From assembly GCA_947632565.1 (NCBI GenBank), contig CANRPT010000001.1, forward strand, positions 19,585 to 83,584: a DNA stretch of 64,000 nt. The letters run 5' to 3'. A program made the translations under genes and the position numbers. This document shows positions 10,126-18,803 of this stretch, piece after piece; within the stretch, counting starts at the first letter, position 1, and every line of letters starts with the position of its first letter. Under the pieces are notes generated by a model that saw nothing but the letters and a program-made list of their open reading frames with translations, was not told the DNA's origin and made no database searches. The DNA is from an uncultured Bacilli bacterium. Its GTDB lineage: Bacteria; Bacillota_I; Bacilli_A; RF39; UBA660.

Positions 10126-12762
10126 ATGGATAATAGAGACGATTTAGATGAATTGATAAAAAGAGCAGAAGAAGATAGTAAAGATGTGAAAAATACATTT
10201 TTAGAAGGTGATTCTGAGGCTACAGAAGATACTGATGATCATAATGGTGATAGTGGTGATACAAATTTTAGTGGATATTTTCATGAGAGAGATCGATTAG
10301 ATCATAATAATATTGTAAATGAAGTTGAAACATCATTTTTGGAGTATTCTGTTAGTGTTATTACTTCACGTGCTTTACCTGATTTGAGAGATGGATTAAA
10401 ACCAGTTCATAGGAGAATTTTATGGTCTATGTATGAATCTGGATATACACCAGATAAACCTCATCGAAAATGTGCAACAACGGTTGGATACGTTATGGGT
10501 CATTATCATCCTCATGGAGATTCTTCTATTTATGAAGCAATGGTACGTTTAGCCCAAGATTTTAATCAAAGATATATGTTAATTGATGGGCATGGAAATT
10601 TTGGTAATATTGAAGGAGATGGCGCAGCAGCAATGCGTTATACAGAATCTAGACTTGCTAAAATTTCTTTGGAATTATTAAGAGATATCAATAAAGATAC
10701 TGTTGATATGGATGATAATTTTGATGTTACCATGAAAGAACCAAAGGTTTTACCATCTAGATTTCCTAATTTATTAGTTAATGGATCTATGGGAATTGCA
10801 GTAGGAATGGCTACTAATATTCCACCACATAATTTGGGAGAAGTAATTGATGGATGTGTTGCTTATATTGATAATCCTGATATTGATACAGTAGGTTTAA
10901 TGGAATATATTAAAGGTCCTGATTTTCCTACTGGTGGTATTATCTTAGGTAATTCTGGAATTCGTAAAGCTTATGAGACCGGTAGGGGGTCTATAACAAT
11001 TCGTAGTAAAGCAACTATTGAAGATTGTGGTAGTCATAGCAACATTATTATTGATGAAGTTCCTTATGGTGTAAATACGATGGAACTTAAAAATAAGGTT
11101 GCAGAACTTGTTCATAATAAGATTATTGAAGGAATTTCTGATTATCATACCGATTTAAAAGAGGGAGTTAAAATAACCATTACATTAAAGAAAGATGCTA
11201 ATCCTCAAGTTGTCTTAAATAATTTATATAAGCATACTAATTTCCAAGTTAATTATGGAATTATCTTTTTAGTATTGGATGGTCAAACTCCAAGAACTTT
11301 AGGATTAAAGGATATTATTGCTAAGTATATTGAACATCAGAAGGAAGTTATTGTTCGTAGAACGAGATATGATTTAGCTAGAGCAGAAGAAAGAGTTCAT
11401 ATATTAGAAGGTTTAAGAATTGCTTTAGATAATATTGATGAAGTTGTTCGTATTATTCGTGCTGCTGATAGTGATGAAGAAGCTAGAGCTAATTTAATGT
11501 CTAGATTTGATTTGGATGAAATTCAAGCTAATAGTATTTTGGAAATGAGATTACGTCGTTTAACTGGATTAGAACGTGGTAAAGTGGAATCTGAATTAAG
11601 TGATTTACAGTTAAAGATTGCTGATTACAAAGATATTTTAGCTACTCCTCAAAGAGTTTTGGATATTATTAAGGAAGAAATGCTAGAAATTAAGAAGAGA
11701 TATGCAGATGATCGTCGTACTAAAATTGATATGACGGCTGTGGATTATATTGAAGATGAATCATTAATTCCTGTGGAAAATATGCTTATTACTCTTACTA
11801 ATAAGGGATATATTAAACGTGTTGGTGTAGATGAATATAGAACGCAAAATCGTGGTGGTGTTGGTATTAAAGGAATGACAACTAATGAAGAAGATTTTGT
11901 GGAAAAAATGATTAATATGGAAACTCATGATTATATTTTATTCTTTAGTAATAGGGGAAAAGTATATCGAATGAAAGGGTATGAGGTTCCAGAGTTTAGC
12001 AGACAAAGTAAAGGTTTGCCAATTGTTAATTTATTACCTGTGGAAAAAGATGAAAAGATTAATTCTATTGTATCTTTAAGTGCTAAAAATGATGAATATA
12101 AATATTTATTCTTTATTACACGTGATGGTATTGTGAAACGTACTGATTTATCAGAATTTGATAATATTAGAACTAGTGGAAAAATAGCTATTACTTTAAA
12201 AGAAGATGATGAATTAATTTCTGTTCGCAAAACTACTGGGGAAAACGAGATTATTATTGGTGCTTCTAATGGTAGAATGGTTCGATTTGTGGAAAACGAG
12301 GTTCGTATTATGGGACGTACTGCTTCTGGTGTTAGAGGTATTGATTTAGGAAATGCTAAAGTAGTTGGTGGAGAAGTTATTACTGAAAATGAACAAGTTT
12401 TGATTGTTACAGAAAAAGGTTATGGAAAGAAAACTCCAATCCAAGAATATCGTTTAACTCATCGTGGTAGCAAGGGTGTTAAAGCTTTAAATGTTACTGA
12501 AAAAAATGGTATGTTAGTTTCTTTAAAAGCTGTTAGTGGTGATGAGGATTTAATCATTATTACGGATAGTGGTATTATAATGAGGATGTCTATGGATCAA
12601 ATATCTACTTTAGGTAGGGCTACACAAGGTGTTAGATTAATTAAATTAAAAGATGATCAAACAGTTGCTACGGTTTCAATTATTTTGAAAGAAGAAGAAC
12701 AATTGAATGAAAACGATGATTCTTTAAATAAAATTGATGAAGATGAAAGTGTATCAGAGTGA
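10126..12762 (+). CDS. gyrA: DNA gyrase subunit A, with an unusual ~50-aa acidic N-terminal extension
   Basis: SRALPDLRDGLKPVHRRIL, and the catalytic-Tyr region AAMRYTESRL. AGGTGGTGA RBS before 10126, and no in-frame Met before the conserved core. Confidence 0.97.
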   Translation: MDNRDDLDELIKRAEEDSKDVKNTFLEGDSEATEDTDDHNGDSGDTNFSGYFHERDRLDHNNIVNEVETSFLEYSVSVITSRALPDLRDGLKPVHRRILWSMYESGYTPDKPHRKCATTVGYVMGHYHPHGDSSIYEAMVRLAQDFNQRYMLIDGHGNFGNIEGDGAAAMRYTESRLAKISLELLRDINKDTVDMDDNFDVTMKEPKVLPSRFPNLLVNGSMGIAVGMATNIPPHNLGEVIDGCVAYIDNPDIDTVGLMEYIKGPDFPTGGIILGNSGIRKAYETGRGSITIRSKATIEDCGSHSNIIIDEVPYGVNTMELKNKVAELVHNKIIEGISDYHTDLKEGVKITITLKKDANPQVVLNNLYKHTNFQVNYGIIFLVLDGQTPRTLGLKDIIAKYIEHQKEVIVRRTRYDLARAEERVHILEGLRIALDNIDEVVRIIRAADSDEEARANLMSRFDLDEIQANSILEMRLRRLTGLERGKVESELSDLQLKIADYKDILATPQRVLDIIKEEMLEIKKRYADDRRTKIDMTAVDYIEDESLIPVENMLITLTNKGYIKRVGVDEYRTQNRGGVGIKGMTTNEEDFVEKMINMETHDYILFFSNRGKVYRMKGYEVPEFSRQSKGLPIVNLLPVEKDEKINSIVSLSAKNDEYKYLFFITRDGIVKRTDLSEFDNIRTSGKIAITLKEDDELISVRKTTGENEIIIGASNGRMVRFVENEVRIMGRTASGVRGIDLGNAKVVGGEVITENEQVLIVTEKGYGKKTPIQEYRLTHRGSKGVKALNVTEKNGMLVSLKAVSGDEDLIIITDSGIIMRMSMDQISTLGRATQGVRLIKLKDDQTVATVSIILKEEEQLNENDDSLNKIDEDESVSE

Positions 12763-12772
12763 TACACTTTTT
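12748..12772 (+). terminator. Intrinsic terminator overlapping the gyrA stop codon
   Basis: AGTGTATCA (12748-12756), GAG loop, TGATACACT (12760-12768), then TTTTT. Confidence 0.75.
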
Positions 12773-12773
12773 A

Positions 12774-12789
12774 TGTTTCACGTGAAACA
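12774..12789. promoter_or_regulatory. parS: parS (ParB/Spo0J binding site), perfect palindrome
   Basis: TGTTTCACGTGAAACA fits the B. subtilis parS consensus TGTTNCACGTGAAACA. It is embedded in the 18-bp palindrome ATGTTTCACGTGAAACAT. Confidence 0.85.
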
Positions 12790-12850
12790 TAGGTAAATAG
12801 TATTATATTTTTGTCGATGACATTTATCTTAAATTAAATGTTTTGAATCT

Positions 12851-12874
12851 AAATTATTTCCCGGGAAATAATTT
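12851..12874. repeat. 24-bp perfect palindrome AAATTATTTCCCGGGAAATAATTT, copy 1 of 3
   Basis: Identical copies at 14710-14733 and 20021-20044. It contains CCCGGG, which I saw nowhere else in this AT-rich window. Confidence 0.9.
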
Positions 12875-12901
12875 TTAGTAAGCAATCAATAAATATTTCA
12901 A

Positions 12902-12917
12902 TGTTTCACGTGAAACA
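12902..12917. promoter_or_regulatory. parS: parS (ParB/Spo0J binding site), second perfect copy
   Basis: Identical 18-bp palindrome ATGTTTCACGTGAAACAT, 128 bp centre-to-centre from the first copy. Confidence 0.85.
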
Positions 12918-12961
12918 TAAAAAAATACTTGTTTTTTTGATTAATCTATAATATTATAAAT

Positions 12962-13035
12962 ACGTGCAATAAATATTGGTGGAATCAGGTCAGGATTGGA
13001 AGATAGCAGCCTTAACATTAAATATTTATGTGCAC
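12962..13035 (+). ncRNA. ffs: Small (4.5S-type) signal recognition particle RNA
   Basis: AUCAGGUCAGGAUUGGAAGAUAGCAGCC matches the conserved SRP domain IV (CAGGUCAGG...GGAA tetraloop...AGCAGCC). A closing 14-bp stem pairs GTGCAATAAATATT with AATATTTATGTGCAC, followed by T7. Same position as scr next to tadA/dnaX in B. subtilis. Confidence 0.8.
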
Positions 13036-13054
13036 TTTTTTTGTAGGTGATTTT

Positions 13055-13501
13055 ATGCAAAATGATGAATATTATATGACTATAGCTTTAAAAGAAGCAC
13101 AGAAGGCTTATGATAAAGGTGAAATTCCAGTTGGATCTGTGATTGTTAAAAATAATAAAATAATAGCTAAAGCTCATAATCTGAAAGAAAATAAAAATTG
13201 TGTAATAAAACATGCTGAAATTATAGCTTTGGAAAAAGCTTCTCAGAAACTTAAAAATTGGAGATTGTTAGATTGTGAAATCTATATAACGATGTATCCA
13301 TGTCCTATGTGTGCAAGTGCTATTAATCAATCTAGAGTTTCTAAAATTATTTATGGAACTATTCCTGAATATGCTGAAAAAAATGTTGTGGAAAAAATAT
13401 TAAACAACAAAAATTATGGATTACCAGTTTCTATAGTAGGTGGAGTTTTAGAAAAAGATTGTGGAAAATTATTAAAAGATTTTTTTTTGAAAAAAAGGTA
13501 A
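13055..13501 (+). CDS. tadA: tRNA-specific adenosine deaminase TadA
   Basis: HAEIIAL and PCPMC zinc motifs. The ATG at 13055 follows a GTAGGTGA RBS. The track start at 13028 would overlap the SRP RNA. Confidence 0.92.
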   Translation: MQNDEYYMTIALKEAQKAYDKGEIPVGSVIVKNNKIIAKAHNLKENKNCVIKHAEIIALEKASQKLKNWRLLDCEIYITMYPCPMCASAINQSRVSKIIYGTIPEYAEKNVVEKILNNKNYGLPVSIVGGVLEKDCGKLLKDFFLKKR

Positions 13502-13562
13502 TAATTCATTCGATTATTCCTTTTTTTAATGGTATAATAATATTATATTTTGGAGGTGTATT

Positions 13563-15260
13563 ATGTCTTATCAAGCTTTGTATCGAAAATATCGACCTTC
13601 TACGTTAAAAGATGTAATTGGCCAGGATATCGTTATTCAAATATTAAAAAATGCCATTTCTCATAATAAAATTGGTCATGCTTATTTATTTTCTGGACCT
13701 AGGGGAATTGGCAAAACATCTATTGCTAAATTATTAGCAAAAACAGTTAATTGTCTTCATTTAGAAGATGGCGATGCTTGTGGAAAATGTGAAAATTGTC
13801 TTTCTATCATCAATGGCTTTAGTCCAGATATTATTGAAATTGATGCTGCTTCTAATAACGGGGTAGATGAGATTAGAGAAATCAAAAATAAAATTAATTT
13901 AGTTCCTAATCAATTAAAATATAAAGTTTATATCATTGATGAGGTACATATGTTATCAATTGGTGCTTTTAATGCCTTATTAAAAACTTTGGAAGAGCCT
14001 CCTGAACATGTTATTTTTATTTTGGCTACTACGGATTTACATAAGGTACCTAGTACAATTATTTCTCGATGTCAATGTTTTGAATTTCATAGAATTTCTA
14101 ACTCTGATATAGTGAAGAGATTGAATTATATTTGTGATAATGAATCTATTCAAATTGAAGATAGTGTTTTAGAACAAATTGCTGAATTGTCAGAGGGCGG
14201 ACTAAGAGATGCTATTGGAATGTTAGATAAATTAAATGCTTATTCCAATTCCAATATTACTTTAGAGGATTTTGAAAAAGTAAACGGAATTGTTTCTCAT
14301 CAGCAATTGGAACTATTTTTAAAATACGTTTCTGAAAATCAAGTAGATCAGGTAATTCAATTTTTAGATATGATTTATGATCATGGAAAAGATTTTATTA
14401 TTTTTATTCAAAATTTGATATCTTTATGTAAAGATCAATGTATTTCTTATTATATTGAAAATAATCATTCTTTTGATATTGATTTTTTACTTTCTTTTTC
14501 TGATTTATTAAATGATTTAAGTAAATATGTTAGTATTTCCTCTAATATTAAAACAATATTTGAAATTAAGGTACTTTCTTTTATGAATCAGATTTTTAAA
14601 GTTGATGATAAGATAAATTCTCATGATGATGAAGAAAATAAAACAAATGTTTGCTATCAAGAAGAAAAAACCAAAAATAAGGATTCCAAAAATTTGACTT
14701 CAGAGGATAAAATTATTTCCCGGGAAATAATTTCTGAAAATTTTGAACAAAAAATGGAAGATTTTGAGGATAGAAATCAGAAAATTATTAATAATTGTTT
14801 TGCTAGAGCTGATAAAAAAAATAAATTGCTTTTTGAAGCTAACTGGAATCAATTGAATGATTATGCGCTTGATAATGTATATGGAGCTGCAGCTTGTTTT
14901 TTAGCAGATGGTACGATTCGAGTAGTTGGAGAAGAAGAAGTGCTCATTTCTTATGATTATGAATCAGTTGTCAATAGGGGAATTCAATTATTAGATAAGA
15001 TTTGTGATTTATTAAAAAAAATTTATGGAAAAAAGTATGAAGTAGCTCTTGTTACTAATGAAGATTGGATAAAAGAACGAGAACAATTTATTTCTCATAA
15101 AAATCAAAATATTAAATATCAATATATTCCTCTTGAAGAAAAACATGATTCCAATCAAAAAGAGGAAAAAGTAGAAAAAAAACAGGATTCAAATTCTAAT
15201 CAAACAATTACTTCTAAAGCAATTGAATTGTTTGGTGAAGATTTAATCATAACAAATTAA
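13563..15260 (+). CDS. dnaX: DNA polymerase III subunit tau (gamma/tau)
   Basis: GPRGIGKTS Walker A, a Cys4 zinc module (CGKCENC), YIIDEVHML, SRCQCFEF. Divergent low-complexity C-terminal half. Confidence 0.95.
   Translation: MSYQALYRKYRPSTLKDVIGQDIVIQILKNAISHNKIGHAYLFSGPRGIGKTSIAKLLAKTVNCLHLEDGDACGKCENCLSIINGFSPDIIEIDAASNNGVDEIREIKNKINLVPNQLKYKVYIIDEVHMLSIGAFNALLKTLEEPPEHVIFILATTDLHKVPSTIISRCQCFEFHRISNSDIVKRLNYICDNESIQIEDSVLEQIAELSEGGLRDAIGMLDKLNAYSNSNITLEDFEKVNGIVSHQQLELFLKYVSENQVDQVIQFLDMIYDHGKDFIIFIQNLISLCKDQCISYYIENNHSFDIDFLLSFSDLLNDLSKYVSISSNIKTIFEIKVLSFMNQIFKVDDKINSHDDEENKTNVCYQEEKTKNKDSKNLTSEDKIISREIISENFEQKMEDFEDRNQKIINNCFARADKKNKLLFEANWNQLNDYALDNVYGAAACFLADGTIRVVGEEEVLISYDYESVVNRGIQLLDKICDLLKKIYGKKYEVALVTNEDWIKEREQFISHKNQNIKYQYIPLEEKHDSNQKEEKVEKKQDSNSNQTITSKAIELFGEDLIITN
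14710..14733. repeat. 24-bp CCCGGG palindrome, copy 2 of 3, in-frame inside dnaX
   Basis: Exact copy. It encodes K-I-I-S-R-E-I-I within the dnaX linker, around residue 383. Confidence 0.9.
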
Positions 15261-15276
15261 GAAAGAGGGAAAAAAT

Positions 15277-15576
15277 ATGAATTTACAAGCTTTAATGAAG
15301 CAAGCACAAAGTTTACAAAAAGATATGATGAAAGCAAAAGAAGAAATTGATCAAATGACTTTTACTGGTACTAGTTCTTTCGTATCTGTTACGGTAAAAG
15401 GTACGAAAGAAGTATTGAAAGTTTCTATTGACAATGATAATCTTTCTAGTGATGATAAAGAAATGATTGAAGATATGTTAGTTGTTGCATTAAATGATGC
15501 TTTCCATCAGGTAGATGAAATGACTGAGAAAAAGATGGGTAAGTTTAGCAGTATGATGCCTGGTGGATTATTTTAG
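15277..15576 (+). CDS. ybaB: Nucleoid-associated protein YbaB/EbfC (YaaK)
   Basis: 99 aa beginning MNLQALMKQAQSLQKDM. Conserved dnaX-ybaB-recR order. Confidence 0.92.
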   Translation: MNLQALMKQAQSLQKDMMKAKEEIDQMTFTGTSSFVSVTVKGTKEVLKVSIDNDNLSSDDKEMIEDMLVVALNDAFHQVDEMTEKKMGKFSSMMPGGLF

Positions 15577-15587
15577 AGGTATCATTT

Positions 15588-16184
15588 ATGTATCCTAATA
15601 GTTTAGAACAATTAATTGAATCTTTAAAATGTTTACCTGGTATTGGAGAAAAAACAGCGGAGCGATTAGCTTTTTCTGTTATGGATATGGAGGAAGAAAG
15701 AGTTCATTTATTTTCTGAAAGTTTAGAAAAAGTAAAGAAATCTATTCATCATTGTCCAATTTGTAATGGTTTAACAGATTTGGATCAATGTAGTATCTGT
15801 AGTGATAAGACAAGGGACCAAGAAGTATTGTGTGTAGTCGAAGATCCAAAATCAGTATTTCTTTTTGAAAAACTTGGACTTTTTCATGGAAAATATCATG
15901 TTTTAAAAGGTTTAATTTCTCCTCTAGATGGAGTTAATCCAGAAGATATTGAATTAGAAAAATTAATTGATCGAGTAAAAAAAGGAAATTATAAAGAAAT
16001 TATCTTGGCTTTTAAACCTAGTATTGAAGGAGAAACCACTTCTTTATATATTAAACGAATTCTGGGAGATTTAAACTTATCTATTACGAAGATTGCTAGT
16101 GGAATTCCTATGGGAGCAGATATGGAATATATGGATGCAATGACTTTAGAAAGAGCACTTATGGATCGAAAAGATGTAGAATAA
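15588..16184 (+). CDS. recR: Recombination protein RecR
   Basis: LPGIGEKTAERLAF HhH, C4 zinc finger (CPICN...CSIC), Toprim region. Confidence 0.96.
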   Translation: MYPNSLEQLIESLKCLPGIGEKTAERLAFSVMDMEEERVHLFSESLEKVKKSIHHCPICNGLTDLDQCSICSDKTRDQEVLCVVEDPKSVFLFEKLGLFHGKYHVLKGLISPLDGVNPEDIELEKLIDRVKKGNYKEIILAFKPSIEGETTSLYIKRILGDLNLSITKIASGIPMGADMEYMDAMTLERALMDRKDVE

Positions 16185-16223
16185 AACTTTTTCTTTTTCA
16201 TACTTTTTAATAGGTGATAGATT

Positions 16224-16409
16224 TTGAAAAAAATTTGGAGCTTATTAAAAAGAATTTTTCTAAGTTTTGTGATCTTATATGGATTTAATACCATAGGTAG
16301 TAATTTTAGTATTGTGATTCCTATTAATTTTATTACTTTATCACTAGTTACTTTTTTAGGATTTCCAGCTTTATTCTCTTTAGTTCTTTTATTGGTAATT
16401 GCATTTTGA
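16224..16409 (+). CDS. bofA: BofA-family pro-sigma-K processing inhibitor (small membrane protein)
   Basis: 61 aa with two TM segments. The motif VIPINFITL...LGFPAL resembles BofA (PINLVT...LGIPG). TTG start after AGGTGA. Same position after recR as in B. subtilis. Confidence 0.65.
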   Translation: MKKIWSLLKRIFLSFVILYGFNTIGSNFSIVIPINFITLSLVTFLGFPALFSLVLLLVIAF

Positions 16410-16419
16410 GGTGAAAGTT

Positions 16420-17298
16420 ATGTTAGAAGTATATCAGGACAAGCAGCCATTATTTTGTGAAGAAATTATGAATAGTATTTATCATCATAAAATTAGTCAT
16501 GCTTATTTAATAGAAACGAATCATTATTTAGATAGTGATTCTCTTATTCTTTCTTTTATTAAAACATTATTTTGTGAAAAACATAATTTGAATCAAGAAA
16601 ATTGTGGAGATTGTAATTTATGTCACTTAATAGATATCAATGCTTTATCGGATTTTAGAATAATAGAACCAGATGGAATTGCTATCAAAAAAGAGCAAAT
16701 TCTAGAAATTAAAGAGCAATTTAAAACGACTTCTACGGAAAATAGACCACGTATTTATTGGATAAAACAAGCGGATAAGTTAAATAAGCAATCTGCTAAT
16801 TCTTTACTTAAATTTTTAGAGGAACCTGAGGGAAATGTAATAGCGATTTTAGAAACAGATAATCGTTATCAAGTAATGGAAACGATTCGTAGTAGGTGTC
16901 AGATTTATTCTTTTATTAATCGTCAATTAAAAATGGATTTTCAAGATATTCACTTATTAACAAACATCATTCATACATTAGAGGAAAGAGGACAAGCTTC
17001 TATTTCTTATTTACCAATTACTTTAGAAAATGATCTTAGAGATAAAAATTTTTGGTTATCTACTTTTACTGAAATGATAGAAATATATGAAAATGCTCTT
17101 CGCAAGATTCAAAATGTTGATTATGTTGATTATGGCGAATTATTAGATTATTTAATTTCTAAAAATTCCTATTCTAATTTCATTTTTAAATTGGGTATTT
17201 TATTTGATATGATTCAAAATTTGAATTATAATTTAAATATAACGATGATGTTAGATCTATTTATTATTCAATTTGCAGGAGGTGAAACACATGCCTAA
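16420..17298 (+). CDS. holB: DNA polymerase III delta' subunit
   Basis: ATG at 16420 after GAGGTGA. HAYL, a Cys cluster, NSLLKFLEEPE, SRCQ. Confidence 0.9.
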   Translation: MLEVYQDKQPLFCEEIMNSIYHHKISHAYLIETNHYLDSDSLILSFIKTLFCEKHNLNQENCGDCNLCHLIDINALSDFRIIEPDGIAIKKEQILEIKEQFKTTSTENRPRIYWIKQADKLNKQSANSLLKFLEEPEGNVIAILETDNRYQVMETIRSRCQIYSFINRQLKMDFQDIHLLTNIIHTLEERGQASISYLPITLENDLRDKNFWLSTFTEMIEIYENALRKIQNVDYVDYGELLDYLISKNSYSNFIFKLGILFDMIQNLNYNLNITMMLDLFIIQFAGGETHA

Positions 17299-18070
17299 AG
17301 TTGTAGGGGTCAAATTAAATGAAAAAGGAAAAAATTATTTTTTTCGTTCTGAAAATTTTTCTTTTCAAAAAGGCGATTATGTGATTGTTGAAACTGATAA
17401 AGGATTACAATATGGAATGGTTACTATCGATACGCATGAAGTAGCCGAAGAAGATTTAGGTTTTCCTTTAAAAGAAGTTGTTCGTAGTGTTACCAAAAAA
17501 GACCAAAAACAATATGAAACGAATGTAAAAGATGCTTCTGTTGCTTTGTTGAAGGCTAGAGAAGTCGTAGAAGAATTAAAACTAAATATGCATATTATTG
17601 ATGCATCCTATACTTTTGATCGCAATCAATTATTATTTAATTTTTTGGCAGATTCTAGAGTAGATTTTCGTGAACTTGCTAGGAAGTTAGCTCAAATTTA
17701 TCGTACACGTATTGAGCTTCGACAAATTGGAGTTCGTGATAAAGCGAAAGAAATTGGTGGAATTGGTCCTTGTGGTAGATTTTTATGTTGCAGTACTTTT
17801 TTAACAGATTTTAACAGTGTTTCTATCAATATGGCAAAGAATCAAATGCTTGCTTTAAATCCTACTAAAATTAATGGAGTTTGTGGTAGACTTTTATGTT
17901 GTTTAAATTATGAAGATGAAATTTATACCGAAATGAAAGAAGGAATGCCTGCTATTGGACAAGCTTATAAAAAGAATGAGGTAGAAGGAAAAGTTGTTTC
18001 TTTAAATTTATTAAAACGAACAGTTACGGTGGAAACGAAGAATAAAACACTCATAGAGGTAGAAGTTTAA
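17291..18070 (+). CDS. ricT: PSP1-domain stage 0 sporulation / RNase Y regulator protein YaaT (RicT)
   Basis: MPKVVGVKLNEKGKNYFF, and Cys motifs GPCGRFLCC and GVCGRLLCC. GGAGGTGA RBS. Confidence 0.9.
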   Translation: MPKVVGVKLNEKGKNYFFRSENFSFQKGDYVIVETDKGLQYGMVTIDTHEVAEEDLGFPLKEVVRSVTKKDQKQYETNVKDASVALLKAREVVEELKLNMHIIDASYTFDRNQLLFNFLADSRVDFRELARKLAQIYRTRIELRQIGVRDKAKEIGGIGPCGRFLCCSTFLTDFNSVSINMAKNQMLALNPTKINGVCGRLLCCLNYEDEIYTEMKEGMPAIGQAYKKNEVEGKVVSLNLLKRTVTVETKNKTLIEVEV

Positions 18071-18790
18071 ATGGAAGTTTTACATGATTTAGTTGGATAT
18101 CAAAATTTAAAAATTTATCAAAATACAGATTGGTTTTCTTTTTCTTTAGATTCTATTTTACTTCCTAACTTTGTTACTTTAAATCAAAAGATAAAAACTA
18201 TTTTGGATTTAGGTTGTGGTAATGCTCCTATTCCTTTAATTTTATCTACTAAAACAAAAGCTAAAATTATTGGAGTAGAGATTCAAAAAGATTGTTATGA
18301 ATTAGCTAAAAAGAGTGTATCTTATAATCATTTAGAAAATCAAATTACGATTCTTCCAATGGATATGAAGGATTTAAAAAATATCTATTGTAGTGATAGT
18401 ATTGATGTTATTACTTGTAATCCTCCTTATTTTCGATATTTAGAAACAAGCAATTTAAATGATGATATTCATAAAGTGATTGCTCGACATGAAAAGATGA
18501 TTACTTTAGAAGAAATTATTTCTTTATCAAGATATCTTTTAAAAAATAATGGGGTACTTGCCATGGTACATCGCACAGATCGTTTAATAGAAATTATTCA
18601 ATTATTTGAAAAATATGGATTGGAAATTAAAAAATTACGATTTATTTATCCTAAAGTAGGATTAGAATCTAATATGATTTTAATTGAAGGAAGAAAGAAT
18701 GGAAATGTAGGATTAAAAGTATTACCACCACTTTATATTCATTATGAAGATGGAAATTATACGAAAGAAGTTTTAAAAATGTTTGAATAG
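18071..18790 (+). CDS. SAM-dependent methyltransferase, TrmN6/YfiC (YabB)-like
   Basis: LDLGCGNAPI SAM motif and NPPYF catalytic motif. Syntenic with yabB. Confidence 0.75.
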   Translation: MEVLHDLVGYQNLKIYQNTDWFSFSLDSILLPNFVTLNQKIKTILDLGCGNAPIPLILSTKTKAKIIGVEIQKDCYELAKKSVSYNHLENQITILPMDMKDLKNIYCSDSIDVITCNPPYFRYLETSNLNDDIHKVIARHEKMITLEEIISLSRYLLKNNGVLAMVHRTDRLIEIIQLFEKYGLEIKKLRFIYPKVGLESNMILIEGRKNGNVGLKVLPPLYIHYEDGNYTKEVLKMFE

Positions 18791-18803
18791 GAGAATTTTA
18801 ATT

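Noticed and set aside
13028-13054. N-terminal extension of tadA (MCTFFVGDF) in the ORF track
   Set aside because: This stretch overlaps the 3' stem and T-run of the SRP RNA. The ATG at 13055 has a proper RBS and gives a normal TadA N-terminus.
14687-14733. Programmed -1 ribosomal frameshift site in dnaX (E. coli-like gamma production)
   Set aside because: There is no canonical slippery heptamer at 5-9 nt from the hairpin. Off-frame stops are ubiquitous in AT-rich DNA, and the hairpin is a dispersed repeat also found in intergenic DNA. It is kept only as a low-probability note under the dnaX finding.
15989-16294. 101-aa minus-strand ORF overlapping the recR 3' end and bofA
   Set aside because: It is antisense to two well-supported genes, with no RBS and a lysine/hydrophobic low-complexity translation.
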